Shown here piece after piece: positions 56,139 through 64,000 of a stretch of DNA of 64,000 bases. Made by a program: the position numbers and the translations under genes. Position 1 is the first letter of the stretch, and each line of letters begins with the position of its first letter. Below the pieces are notes generated by a model. The model was not told the DNA's origin, did not search any database, and was given only the letters and a program-made list of their open reading frames with translations. The stretch lies in the sequence record SRR2962707_781; one strand, written 5' to 3'.

Positions 56139-56204
56139 ATGCACTTGCTTAAGTCTTAATGCACTTGCTGTTAAAATAACAGCAATTCATTACCTGATTG
56201 AGTA
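56139..56204 (+). promoter_or_regulatory. Cargo promoter 2: ATGCACTTGCT direct repeat plus ATTGAGTA, candidate LytTR-activated
   Basis: Perfect 11-bp repeat at 56139 and 56159 (20-bp period); ATTGAGTA at 56197. Confidence 0.7.
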
Positions 56205-56223
56205 AAATAGAAATAAAAAGATT

Positions 56224-56583
56224 ATGGCACGAGTAATACACTTTGAAATACCAGCAGAGGACACTGAAAAGAGCAAATCCTTTTATTCATCTGTATTTGG
56301 ATGGCAGTTTAACCAAATGGGGAATGAAGAATATTGGTTGGCGAAAACAGGTCAAAATGGAGAGCACGGAATAGATGGTGCAATTATGAAAAGAAAGGAT
56401 CCAAATCAACCAGTAACAAACAATATACAAGTGGATGATTTAGATTCCACGATTGAGCAAATTCAGGAAAATGGTGGACAGATTGTAGTAGAGAAAATGC
56501 ACATTCCACAAACAGGAGATCTGGCCTTCTTCAAAGATCCAGATGGAAACATATTTGGGATCATGCAACCATGGACAAAATAA
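56224..56583 (+). CDS. VOC/glyoxalase/bleomycin-resistance family protein
   Basis: VIHFEIPA.D...FY..VFGW, V.DLD......NGG, F.DPDGN.FG. Confidence 0.9.
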   Translation: MARVIHFEIPAEDTEKSKSFYSSVFGWQFNQMGNEEYWLAKTGQNGEHGIDGAIMKRKDPNQPVTNNIQVDDLDSTIEQIQENGGQIVVEKMHIPQTGDLAFFKDPDGNIFGIMQPWTK

Positions 56584-57026
56584 TACACCAATCTGTAATC
56601 CTTAATTGTAGCAATGATTTGGCTTTCCAGTTATTTACAAAAAATGAATACCTGGAAAAATGGCTGACTGTAAAAGCAGACATTGAACCAAGATTAGGCG
56701 GAAAATATGAATTGTACTGGGTTCCGGACGATATAGAAAATGATAACACAAGAGGATGTAAAATACTTGCTTTAGAGTCTCCCCATTACATCTCTTTTGA
56801 GTGGAAAGGGCCAAAACAATACAAGAAGTTTATGAACACTGCTAAACCCAAAACCCACGTCATTGCTATTTTTTCTAACATAAACTCTGGTACTAAGGTC
56901 GGAATAATCCATACAGGATGGCATGAATCCCAGGAATGGGATGAAGCAAGAGACTTCTTTATTAATGCATGGAATGATGTATTGTCCCAACTGGTAACAT
57001 TTTCAAAATCAATAATCAAAAATTAG
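56571..57026 (+). CDS. SRPBCC/AHA1-like protein
   Basis: AF..FT....LEKW...A.IEP..GG.YE, ISFEW, HTGW...W, W...L..L. Confidence 0.82.
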   Translation: MDKIIHQSVILNCSNDLAFQLFTKNEYLEKWLTVKADIEPRLGGKYELYWVPDDIENDNTRGCKILALESPHYISFEWKGPKQYKKFMNTAKPKTHVIAIFSNINSGTKVGIIHTGWHESQEWDEARDFFINAWNDVLSQLVTFSKSIIKN

Positions 57027-57030
57027 CACT

Positions 57031-57651
57031 ATGCGACATACCAAAATTTTAACTCTAATACTATTAGCTTTTGCATGTGGTACAGGCCCGGGAAAAGAAT
57101 CGAATGGAGAGATTTCAAAAATGCCTGATAATTCAATGAGTGAACTGGTACCAGAAATGGAAATCAAAGTGCTACCTCCAGTTCATTTCCTCTACATGCC
57201 TGTAATCGGTGATTTTAGAAAGCACCCAGAGGCAATAGCTAAACTTTCCTCCTATATCGAAGGTCGAGAGTTTGATGGTAAAAATTGTACTGGGATTTAT
57301 CCTGAAGATCCTGATGCAGTTCGGTCTGAAAACCTGGATTGGGAAATTGGATTTGAAGTACCAGAGGATGTAAAAGTGGAAGAATCTGAGGGCTTCAGTA
57401 TCAGAACCTTAGAGGGAACTACCGCACTAGTGGTGAGCAGTTCAGTTAAAAACTCTCCGATACATGGCCTATACTGTAAGGTGTGGTTGTTAGAACATGG
57501 CTATGTGCAAACGCAACCAACAAGAATGATCTACCATATGGATAATGAAAAGCCCGATCTACAAAGTACGACTATCATTTTTCCAGTCGTTAAAAGAACG
57601 CGTGATATTCCTGTCATTACTACGAGTACTCTTAATCATCAATTAAAATGA
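57031..57651 (+). CDS. GyrI-like small-molecule-binding lipoprotein
   Basis: Lipobox LAFAC; GIY..DP......L.WEIGF.V and W...HGY......RMIY....T.I.FPV GyrI-like pattern. Confidence 0.72.
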   Translation: MRHTKILTLILLAFACGTGPGKESNGEISKMPDNSMSELVPEMEIKVLPPVHFLYMPVIGDFRKHPEAIAKLSSYIEGREFDGKNCTGIYPEDPDAVRSENLDWEIGFEVPEDVKVEESEGFSIRTLEGTTALVVSSSVKNSPIHGLYCKVWLLEHGYVQTQPTRMIYHMDNEKPDLQSTTIIFPVVKRTRDIPVITTSTLNHQLK

Positions 57652-57677
57652 GTTGGCAATAAATGAAGAGGAGGTTG

Positions 57678-57712
57678 GTGGTTCCAAAAATGTTGGAGCC
57701 ACTTTTCTTTTT
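57678..57712 (+). terminator. Intrinsic terminator after the VOC-SRPBCC-GyrI unit
   Basis: GTGGTTCCAA-aaatg-TTGGAGCCAC stem (one G-U pair) followed by TTTTCTTTTT. Confidence 0.7.
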
Positions 57713-57717
57713 AAGAA

Positions 57718-58545
57718 ATGAAGGTTTTTAGAATTTTATTTGTCCTGCTAATTGGAACTATAATGGTTTCATTCGCTCAATCAGGGTTTATTCCTGGCGA
57801 ACCTAGATTAGCATATTGGGAGGTGGGGAATAAAGAAAGTGTAGTTATTATTCTTCATGGGGGTCCATGCGCCAGCCACAAATACTTGAGGCCTGAATTT
57901 GATCGATTAAAAAAACATTGTCGTATCATTTATTACGATCAGAGAGGATGTGGCGAAAGTGGCATAGCAGCTTCTTATGAGTGGGAAGATCATGTAAGTG
58001 ATCTTCATCGTCTTATTAATTCACTAGAATTAAATTCCAAGGTCTTTTTAGCAGGTTCTTCATGGGGCAGCTTATTGGCGCTTCTATATACCTATAAGAA
58101 TCCACATCATGTCAGAGGAATTATATTATCAGGACTTGTGGATTGGAGAGGCTATGGGTGGGATAATGAAACCTGGATGAAGAGAAAATTGGGCTATGGA
58201 AAAGAGAAGATTGATACAATTTTAATGAATTTTGATCTTGACAAGAGGGGAGTTTCCCGGCAGGTCATAACGAGAAGAGGTCAACGAACTGGAGAGCCAT
58301 TGTCAAGTTTGAGGAAAGCTCCTGTAATAGATAGTTTAAGAGTCATAAATACTGCTGCATTAATATTTACCGAAGACTCCACATGTCATTTTAGTGAAGA
58401 TATTGAGTCTTACGTCAGAATACTTCCGAATGCAATAAGTTTCAAAATTTCTGGTGCTTGTCATGACCTATGGCTCACTCACGCAAAACTCTTTTTTAAG
58501 CGAGCCAACACTTTTATTAGGAGATTAAATAAAGGGGTTAAATAG
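57718..58545 (+). CDS. Exported alpha/beta hydrolase (proline-iminopeptidase-like)
   Basis: Signal peptide, LHGGP, YDQRGCG.S, nucleophile GSSWG, C-terminal His (ACHDLW). Confidence 0.85.
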   Translation: MKVFRILFVLLIGTIMVSFAQSGFIPGEPRLAYWEVGNKESVVIILHGGPCASHKYLRPEFDRLKKHCRIIYYDQRGCGESGIAASYEWEDHVSDLHRLINSLELNSKVFLAGSSWGSLLALLYTYKNPHHVRGIILSGLVDWRGYGWDNETWMKRKLGYGKEKIDTILMNFDLDKRGVSRQVITRRGQRTGEPLSSLRKAPVIDSLRVINTAALIFTEDSTCHFSEDIESYVRILPNAISFKISGACHDLWLTHAKLFFKRANTFIRRLNKGVK

Positions 58546-58565
58546 TCGTGAATTGTGAAGAAAAA

Positions 58566-58991
58566 CTATTTTGTATACTGTTTAAGCACTATCGTGTTTC
58601 CATCAGGATCAACTACTGATCCGAAAACCTCTTGTTCATGTTGCTTAGGTTCTTCTAGCAAACTCCCTCCATTGGCCGTTACTACTTTTATCGTTTCATT
58701 GAGATCAGTGACAACTAAGTCAAATTGAATCCTATTTTTTTCAGCATTGACATTTGCAATTTTATTAGGGCATAATAGGATATTGAAAGAGCTGACTGAC
58801 CCATGATAAAGGGTTGATCCAAAAGCGTCTTCTTGTTTAAATTCTATATTAAATACATTTTGATAGAATTTCACCATTTCATCTTCATTGGTGATTGCTA
58901 TAGTAATTCCTTCAACTCGAATATTTGAAGAGTTCATTGTACAACTAATTAAAATAGTTGAAAAAATGGCAAATAGGCTTTTTAAAATCAT
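58566..58991 (-). CDS. VOC-family protein with a probable lipoprotein signal
   Basis: TILISC lipobox-like; MVKFY..VF, V.DL.......ANGG, DPDGN. Confidence 0.8.
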   Translation of the reverse strand: MILKSLFAIFSTILISCTMNSSNIRVEGITIAITNEDEMVKFYQNVFNIEFKQEDAFGSTLYHGSVSSFNILLCPNKIANVNAEKNRIQFDLVVTDLNETIKVVTANGGSLLEEPKQHEQEVFGSVVDPDGNTIVLKQYTK

Positions 58992-59062
58992 TCATAAATG
59001 AAATAGAAAATTATTCTCAAACCAAACCTTTAATGCATCCCCTATGCATCTCATGAAATAGA

Positions 59063-59764
59063 TCACTGAAGCCATTTTTCTTTTATCGTCTTGTATCTAG
59101 CGCGACCTAATGGAATAATTTCACCATTCTTTAATTCTATTTGGTACTTCCCTCCTTCATAAACCAGGATATCCTTTATCTCGCTCATCTTTACAATAAA
59201 GGATTTATGAACACGCTCATAGTCTTCACTAAGAAGAGGTAATAATTGAACAAGCGACTTATCATGCAGTTCTTCACCGCCCTTTTTTAAGTGAATTTTT
59301 GAATAATGCCCGAATGCCTGAAAATATGCTACCTCTTCATCCTTCACGAGATGAAGCCTTCCCCTTCTCCGTGTGGCATAGTACTTTGTTGGATGTTCAG
59401 GTTTTTTTTCGACATCATCTATCCTTGAAAAGGCTTTCCTAAGCCTTTCAACCGAAAAAGGTTTAGGAACAAAATCAAGAACTCCATACTCGAATGCTTC
59501 AATGGCCCTATCCTTGTAAGCTGAAACAATTATAGTGTGGTATGCTCCCGCTGACAAAAATTTCAATAGCTCAAACCCATCCTTTCCACCTAAGTTGAGA
59601 TCTAACATGAGAACATCGATTTTATTCTTTTCCAAATACGTGATAGCGTCATCATACAATGGAATTCGAGTAATCTCAGGGCTGTGCTTAAGCAGAACCT
59701 CAGCAACCTGCTTCTCTAGTAGTTTTGAAATATGTATTTCGTCTTCAACGATCAGTATTTTCAT
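59063..59764 (-). CDS. LytTR-family response regulator
   Basis: IVEDE, LDLNL, AFEYGVLDFVPKPF receiver; LytTR domain with RVHKSFIV and IPLGR. Confidence 0.93.
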   Translation of the reverse strand: MKILIVEDEIHISKLLEKQVAEVLLKHSPEITRIPLYDDAITYLEKNKIDVLMLDLNLGGKDGFELLKFLSAGAYHTIIVSAYKDRAIEAFEYGVLDFVPKPFSVERLRKAFSRIDDVEKKPEHPTKYYATRRRGRLHLVKDEEVAYFQAFGHYSKIHLKKGGEELHDKSLVQLLPLLSEDYERVHKSFIVKMSEIKDILVYEGGKYQIELKNGEIIPLGRARYKTIKEKWLQ

Positions 59765-61445
59765 GTAGCATTTTTATTTCCGTTTTCCATCCAAACTCAG
59801 CTTTTTCATTTTTCAACTCCCACTTTCCGGGAAAGCTTTCCTCCAATCGAGTTTTAATGTACTTAAAACCTGTTCCGTCCTTAATCATATTCTTCTCGTC
59901 TTTGGGCTGGCCGTATGTCTCAAGACTAATTCGACATGACTTACCATTGCTATGCACGTCAAGCCTGAACAAAACTTTTCCATCAATTGGGGAATTATGT
60001 GTTATTCCATTTTCAAAAAGGGTATGTAGTACTGCCGGGGGAATTTTAACAGTTCCATTTGAGTTGGTCTCGAGTTCATAGTAAATATCATTTCGTATAC
60101 TCATAATCTCCAGGTGAGAACGGCATAATTCAACCTCCTTTTCAATGGGAATTAGTTGCTTATCAGCAATTTCTATCAATGTGTAAAACTCATTGCTCAG
60201 GGCTTCAATCAGCCTTACACTCATTTTGGGATCAGATTCGATTAGAGATATAATGTTGGTCAATGTGTTCATCAGAAAATGTGGCTGGATATTCTTTTTC
60301 AGTAATTGAGATTCAAGGCGACTTGATCGGAGTAATGATTGTTCATGGGCTTTTCGCTCTAACCCTAGGTTGATTGAAAGTGATAAGAGCGTGATGATAA
60401 CCAATATGCCAAACCCGACATAAACACTGATATTGAAATACATAAAACTTGAGAGGAACACTAAAAGCCCTATCATCGCTTCGGTTGATCCTCTTCTATT
60501 CTTAATCAATGCCCATATAACAAAGCCCAAAGGAAGCAGAACGGCCAGGACAGTAAAAAGAGTTCCTAATGGCCATGAGACAATAGTACTTATGAGAAAC
60601 ACCCCCGGAATAGCAACGTTGAAAAAATTCTTACGGGGAAGGTCAAAATAATAAAGATAAAAAAATGGCAAAAGCAGGCTTATCAATGAAGAGAGTGTCC
60701 AAATAACCACCTGGCGAGTAGCATATTGAGTGTAAATGTATGGATAGTAATTTCTAGAATATGCATATACAATGAGTACTAAAGACACTCCACAAAGTAA
60801 CGCGAACAGGAAATAAGAAGCTTTTCTGAAAGTATAGAAATACAAGAATAGATAGTAGACCGTTACAATGAGAAAAATACCGGCAAGCGCATAGATTAAC
60901 ATGGCCTGGATGATAGTTCGTTTATAAAACTCATTGTAAGTAGCGATACTAATTTCAGTAATGTTTGCACGATCATGGTTGAAATGATCTGAGTATTTCA
61001 AAATCAATTCATTTTCACCTGGTTGGATTAAGGTATCCGGTACTATGAACTTTTGGTCAAGCTGCCCTGGAATCTCATCAGCTTGAGCGTCTGCTGCTTT
61101 TCCATTAATCCCAATCAACTTACCTTCCCAAAAAACTTCATAAGATCCAAGAAAAGCTATTATCAACTCCTTTTGACCATTACTTTTCAGATCAGGGTCT
61201 ATTTCAAAAGTTGCTTTTAATTGCCCTTGCCCGGCACCTCTAGGCAATGAAGTATTCCAATCCCCTGTACTAGATAAATAAGTAATAGCCTTCGGAGTTA
61301 TTGAATCTGTGTCTTCAAGGGTTTGGTTGGCAAAATGCATGATCACAACAAGACCTGCAGATGTAAGTAATATTTTGACTAATCTTTTCAATTTAGAATC
61401 CGCTATTAATACAAATGAAAATACCAGAACCAACCCATTCTTCAT
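59745..61445 (-). CDS. LytS/YehU-type sensor histidine kinase (periplasmic beta-domain plus about 7 TM)
   Basis: NIQPHFLMNTL, E...C.SHL.I...R, IPP..LHTLFENGITH, GTG..YI..RL. Confidence 0.9.
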   Translation of the reverse strand: MKNGLVLVFSFVLIADSKLKRLVKILLTSAGLVVIMHFANQTLEDTDSITPKAITYLSSTGDWNTSLPRGAGQGQLKATFEIDPDLKSNGQKELIIAFLGSYEVFWEGKLIGINGKAADAQADEIPGQLDQKFIVPDTLIQPGENELILKYSDHFNHDRANITEISIATYNEFYKRTIIQAMLIYALAGIFLIVTVYYLFLYFYTFRKASYFLFALLCGVSLVLIVYAYSRNYYPYIYTQYATRQVVIWTLSSLISLLLPFFYLYYFDLPRKNFFNVAIPGVFLISTIVSWPLGTLFTVLAVLLPLGFVIWALIKNRRGSTEAMIGLLVFLSSFMYFNISVYVGFGILVIITLLSLSINLGLERKAHEQSLLRSSRLESQLLKKNIQPHFLMNTLTNIISLIESDPKMSVRLIEALSNEFYTLIEIADKQLIPIEKEVELCRSHLEIMSIRNDIYYELETNSNGTVKIPPAVLHTLFENGITHNSPIDGKVLFRLDVHSNGKSCRISLETYGQPKDEKNMIKDGTGFKYIKTRLEESFPGKWELKNEKAEFGWKTEIKMLHENTDR

Positions 61446-61514
61446 AGTATTTTAACGAAAAGAACCGGTATTTCAAATGCCAATAGTGTGGTAGATATGC
61501 ATTTGGTGAGAATC

Positions 61515-61577
61515 ATCCTAATGATAAAATGACTACCGTGTTGTTAATGAAAATATATTGATCCTAATGATAAAATG
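61515..61577. repeat. Perfect 17-bp direct repeat
   Basis: ATCCTAATGATAAAATG at 61515-61531 and 61561-61577. Confidence 0.85.
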
Positions 61578-61613
61578 GTAACGCCTTCTTATGTGAATAC
61601 AGAATTTTGACTT

Positions 61614-61985
61614 TTGATAAACTTTAGATCTATCAAAAAGCAAGAAGTAGATATAAACCTCAAAATCACTGTTGATGTAGCAAATCCGGGTCGAAATGGA
61701 ATATCAGCAGGCACCCATATTTCAGTTGAAAAAGTGGAAACGGATATGTCTGTGGCACAGATCGCTTACCTATGCAGAATATTTTATGACCTGGGCTACT
61801 TCAAGAACAAGAACCAAACGGAGATGCTAAAAGTAGCTGCTAACAGCTTCATTACCATCAACTCTCAGGAAATCTCACTTAAAAGCTTAAAAGCCAAATA
61901 CTACAATGTGGACAAAAGCACTAAAGAATCCATCAAGAAAAGGGTATTAGAAATGCTCAACTATGTCAATAAGAAGGAAAGCTAA
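61614..61985 (+). CDS. Short RteC-like / ICE-associated protein, possibly N-terminally truncated
   Basis: T.MSVAQIAYL.R...D.G.F....EIS.KSL..KYY pattern that I associate with regulators upstream of xis genes in Bacteroidota elements; TTG start. Confidence 0.5.
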   Translation: MINFRSIKKQEVDINLKITVDVANPGRNGISAGTHISVEKVETDMSVAQIAYLCRIFYDLGYFKNKNQTEMLKVAANSFITINSQEISLKSLKAKYYNVDKSTKESIKKRVLEMLNYVNKKES

Positions 61986-62314
61986 GGGTTACACAACGGT
62001 TGCACTTTTCGACCTTCTAATCTATCTTTAAATAAACTAAACATAGAATTTGAATATGACAGTCATTTCTTGAGCAATTCTAATTTTATATTCCTCATGT
62101 GTTTCCTACGCTCCATTTCAAACGTTTTCAAGAAAACACGGTATTTCATCAATACTGTAATGACATCTTAAAATATTTTTGGAATTTTTAGCATTATAAG
62201 GCTTTCAGAACCAACGCGTTGCTTTAGCGTTACGTAACCGCTATATCTTCCTTAAGAAGGCCAAAATGAGCACTTTTGATCCTCATTAAGACCTAATCGC
62301 TATTACTGGAACTG

Positions 62315-62587
62315 ATGAAGGTAGAACTCATCACCAAGGAAGACCTTGAAGAATTTAAGAAAGAGGTATTTGACACATTATCATACCTTTTGGAAAATGG
62401 ACACAAAAGCAAACGCTGGCTCAAATCGGAGGACGTTCAGGAAATGCTAGGCATCTCTCCCAGCACCCTCCAAAACCTCCGCCAATCCCGCAAGATCCCC
62501 TTTACCCGGCTAGGCGGAGTATACTACTACCCTGAGCAGGGAATAATTGATGAGTTGGAAAAGAATTTGAAGAGGGTGAGGAGTTAA
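62315..62587 (+). CDS. Excisionase-like HTH (HTH_17) protein
   Basis: ELITKEDL..FK, RWLKSEDV..ML.ISPSTLQNLR...IPF..LGG..YY. Confidence 0.9.
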   Translation: MKVELITKEDLEEFKKEVFDTLSYLLENGHKSKRWLKSEDVQEMLGISPSTLQNLRQSRKIPFTRLGGVYYYPEQGIIDELEKNLKRVRS

Positions 62588-62616
62588 GTGTCATTGACTT
62601 TGACTTGCTAAAATGA

Positions 62617-62624
62617 TACATTTG
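62617..62624 (+). promoter_or_regulatory. Bacteroidota -7 element (TACATTTG) for the HTH-methylase-vsr unit
   Basis: Exact TAnnTTTG 17 nt upstream of ATG 62642, preceded by tandem TTGACTT repeats. Confidence 0.55.
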
Positions 62625-62641
62625 CTTAATATCCAAATAAA

Positions 62642-62866
62642 ATGGCTATTAAGACAATAAATAGGTTAAAAGCAGTACTTGCAGAAAGAGGGAAGACAAA
62701 CAAATGGTTGGCTGAAAATATGAACAAGAATGTTTCAACTATTTCTACTTGGTGTACAAACAAAAGACAACCATCACTTGAGGTTTTAGTAGAAATAGCA
62801 AAAATTCTTCAAGTAGATGCAAAGGATTTAATTGTTTCGACAAACAAAGAACTTAATAAAATATAG
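62642..62866 (+). CDS. XRE-family HTH regulator
   Basis: NRLKAVLAE.G.TNKWLA......STISTWCTN..QPSLE.L..IA..L. Confidence 0.9.
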   Translation: MAIKTINRLKAVLAERGKTNKWLAENMNKNVSTISTWCTNKRQPSLEVLVEIAKILQVDAKDLIVSTNKELNKI

Positions 62867-62871
62867 CTTAT

Positions 62872-63900
62872 ATGAAATTGATCTCAATAGATCTTTTTTC
62901 CGGTGTAGGTGGTCTAACCGTGGGAATGCATAGAGCAGGCTTCAAAACCAAAATGGCTTTTGAAATTGATGAAATTGCTTCAGAAGCGTATAAGCTTAAT
63001 CACAAAAGAACGAAGGTAATTACTGATGATATTCGAAATGTCAATATCAACACCGTTAAAAAAAGACTTAAAAACCAGCCTATTCACCTTCTTGCAGGGT
63101 GTCCTCCTTGTCAGGGATTTAGCTCAATTAGACGTTTAAATAAACCCCTACCTGTCGATGATGAAAGAAATACTTTGATAAAGGAATATGTACGTTTTGT
63201 GCTGGAACTCAAGCCGTACACGTTCATGATGGAAAATGTTCCCGGACTGGTTGAATATGACCTATTTGATTGGGCCTTGCAGGAATTTGAGAATGCTGGT
63301 TACTATCCGCCTGATTGGAAAATTGTAAATGTCAAAGATTATGGAGTGCCTCAAAGTAGAAAAAGATTGGTTTTGGTAGGCTCTCGATTAGGTCCTTTGC
63401 AAGTCGCTGATCCAATAAAAAGAAGAAAAAAAACCGTTCGAAACGTTATTGGTAAGCTTCCAAAACCTGATGATTCTAATGATGATTTACATAAAATTTT
63501 CCCTACTCATACCCCAAAGATTCTTTCATTAATCAAAGACATTCCACATGATGGCGGTAGTAGAAAAGACTTGGGTCCTCAGAGACAATTAAAGTGTCAT
63601 CAAAAAGAAAACGTTGGTTTTAATGATGTTTATGGAAGATTAAGATGGAATGATTATTCAACAACTATAACAGGAGGATGTTTAAATCCATCGAAAGGTC
63701 GTTTTTTGCACCCTGAACAAGATAGGTGCATATCAGCCCGAGAAGCTTCTATGCTACAGTCTTTTCCTAAAAATTATAAGATCCCAGCTGATGCACCACG
63801 AACTAAAATCGCATTGATGATAGGAAATGCTTTACCTCCCTCTTTTAGTCGAGTTCAATCACTAAATATCAAAAATCACATCTTAGAGTACCTTGACTGA
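62872..63900 (+). CDS. DNA (cytosine-5)-methyltransferase
   Basis: Motif I DLFSGVGG, IV GCPPCQGFS, VI MENV, VIII GVPQSRKR, IX REASMLQSFP, X IGNALPP. Confidence 0.95.
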   Translation: MKLISIDLFSGVGGLTVGMHRAGFKTKMAFEIDEIASEAYKLNHKRTKVITDDIRNVNINTVKKRLKNQPIHLLAGCPPCQGFSSIRRLNKPLPVDDERNTLIKEYVRFVLELKPYTFMMENVPGLVEYDLFDWALQEFENAGYYPPDWKIVNVKDYGVPQSRKRLVLVGSRLGPLQVADPIKRRKKTVRNVIGKLPKPDDSNDDLHKIFPTHTPKILSLIKDIPHDGGSRKDLGPQRQLKCHQKENVGFNDVYGRLRWNDYSTTITGGCLNPSKGRFLHPEQDRCISAREASMLQSFPKNYKIPADAPRTKIALMIGNALPPSFSRVQSLNIKNHILEYLD

Positions 63901-64000
63901 TATTTTCACAAAAAAAGACCGAAGCAGAATTATGAGCAAAATCTCAGGTAAAGACACCAAGCCTGAGGTTTTAGTAAGAAAATATCTATTCTCACATGGT
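63893..64000 (+). CDS. vsr: Very-short-patch repair endonuclease Vsr, 5' part (truncated by window end; absent from ORF track)
   Basis: TTG at 63893 overlapping the methylase stop reads (M)TDIFTKKDRSRIMSKISGKDTKPEVLVRKYLFSHG, the canonical Vsr N-terminus. Confidence 0.88.
   Translation, partial: MTDIFTKKDRSRIMSKISGKDTKPEVLVRKYLFSHG

Larger units (their letters stand above)
50638..64000. mobile_element. Tyrosine-integrase genomic island (IME/ICE-like) inserted at the 3' end of mnmE; right end lies outside the window
   Basis: xis-int pair about 250 bp after the mnmE stop, repeat-rich left end, visibly more AT-rich cargo, then RteC-like/Xis-like and methylase-Vsr genes; no attR seen in the window. 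Confidence 0.85.

Noticed and set aside
52388..58991. Integron-like cassette array behind the integrase
   Set aside because: The integrase has a Bacteroidota arm-binding N-terminus and no evident IntI insertion; cargo genes overlap or have tiny gaps with no repeated attC-like palindromes
59032..59051. ATGCATC x2 upstream of the minus-strand VOC as another LytTR site
   Set aside because: Period is 11 bp rather than 20 bp, and spacing to the downstream TTTGAGAA does not match the two good promoters
1..64000. CRISPR array, rRNA or tRNA genes
   Set aside because: I saw no repeat-spacer array or RNA-gene-like segment; intergenic gaps are short, and the repeats found are 2-4-copy operator-type motifs

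Overview
This is a chromosomal segment from a Bacteroidota organism, most likely a Cytophagales-type lineage. That is an inference from the TAnnTTTG-type promoters, the Bacteroidota-style ParC/ParE, the PadR plus duplicated-permease pair and the TPR-barrel-exbBD-tonB-folC cluster. Positions 1 to about 50.6 kb are mostly core or semi-core genes: holA/TPR/OM-barrel/SPOR/exbBD/tonB/folC, a two-component pair, a LolA-like plus VPS10/BNR pair, ligD, a PIF1-like helicase, a menaquinone cluster (menI-F-D-B ... menE) interrupted by an ECF sigma/STN-protein/FecR cassette, topo IV parE...parC with an inserted SatD/SatE-like pair, ArsR-SRPBCC, PadR-permease and mnmE. A tyrosine-integrase genomic island starts immediately after the mnmE stop and runs off the right end of the window. 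It has a repeat-structured left end, a Zn-finger excisionase and integrase, and a cargo block of exported hydrolases and small-molecule-binding folds with a LytS/LytTR system. Two cargo promoters share an identical architecture (TGCAC-N15-TGCAC-N32-ATTGAGTA). The island then continues with an RteC-like gene, a second Xis-like HTH, and an XRE-HTH / C5-methyltransferase / Vsr module truncated by the window end. I saw no rRNA, tRNA or CRISPR array. All family calls come from motif recognition by eye; no searches were run.
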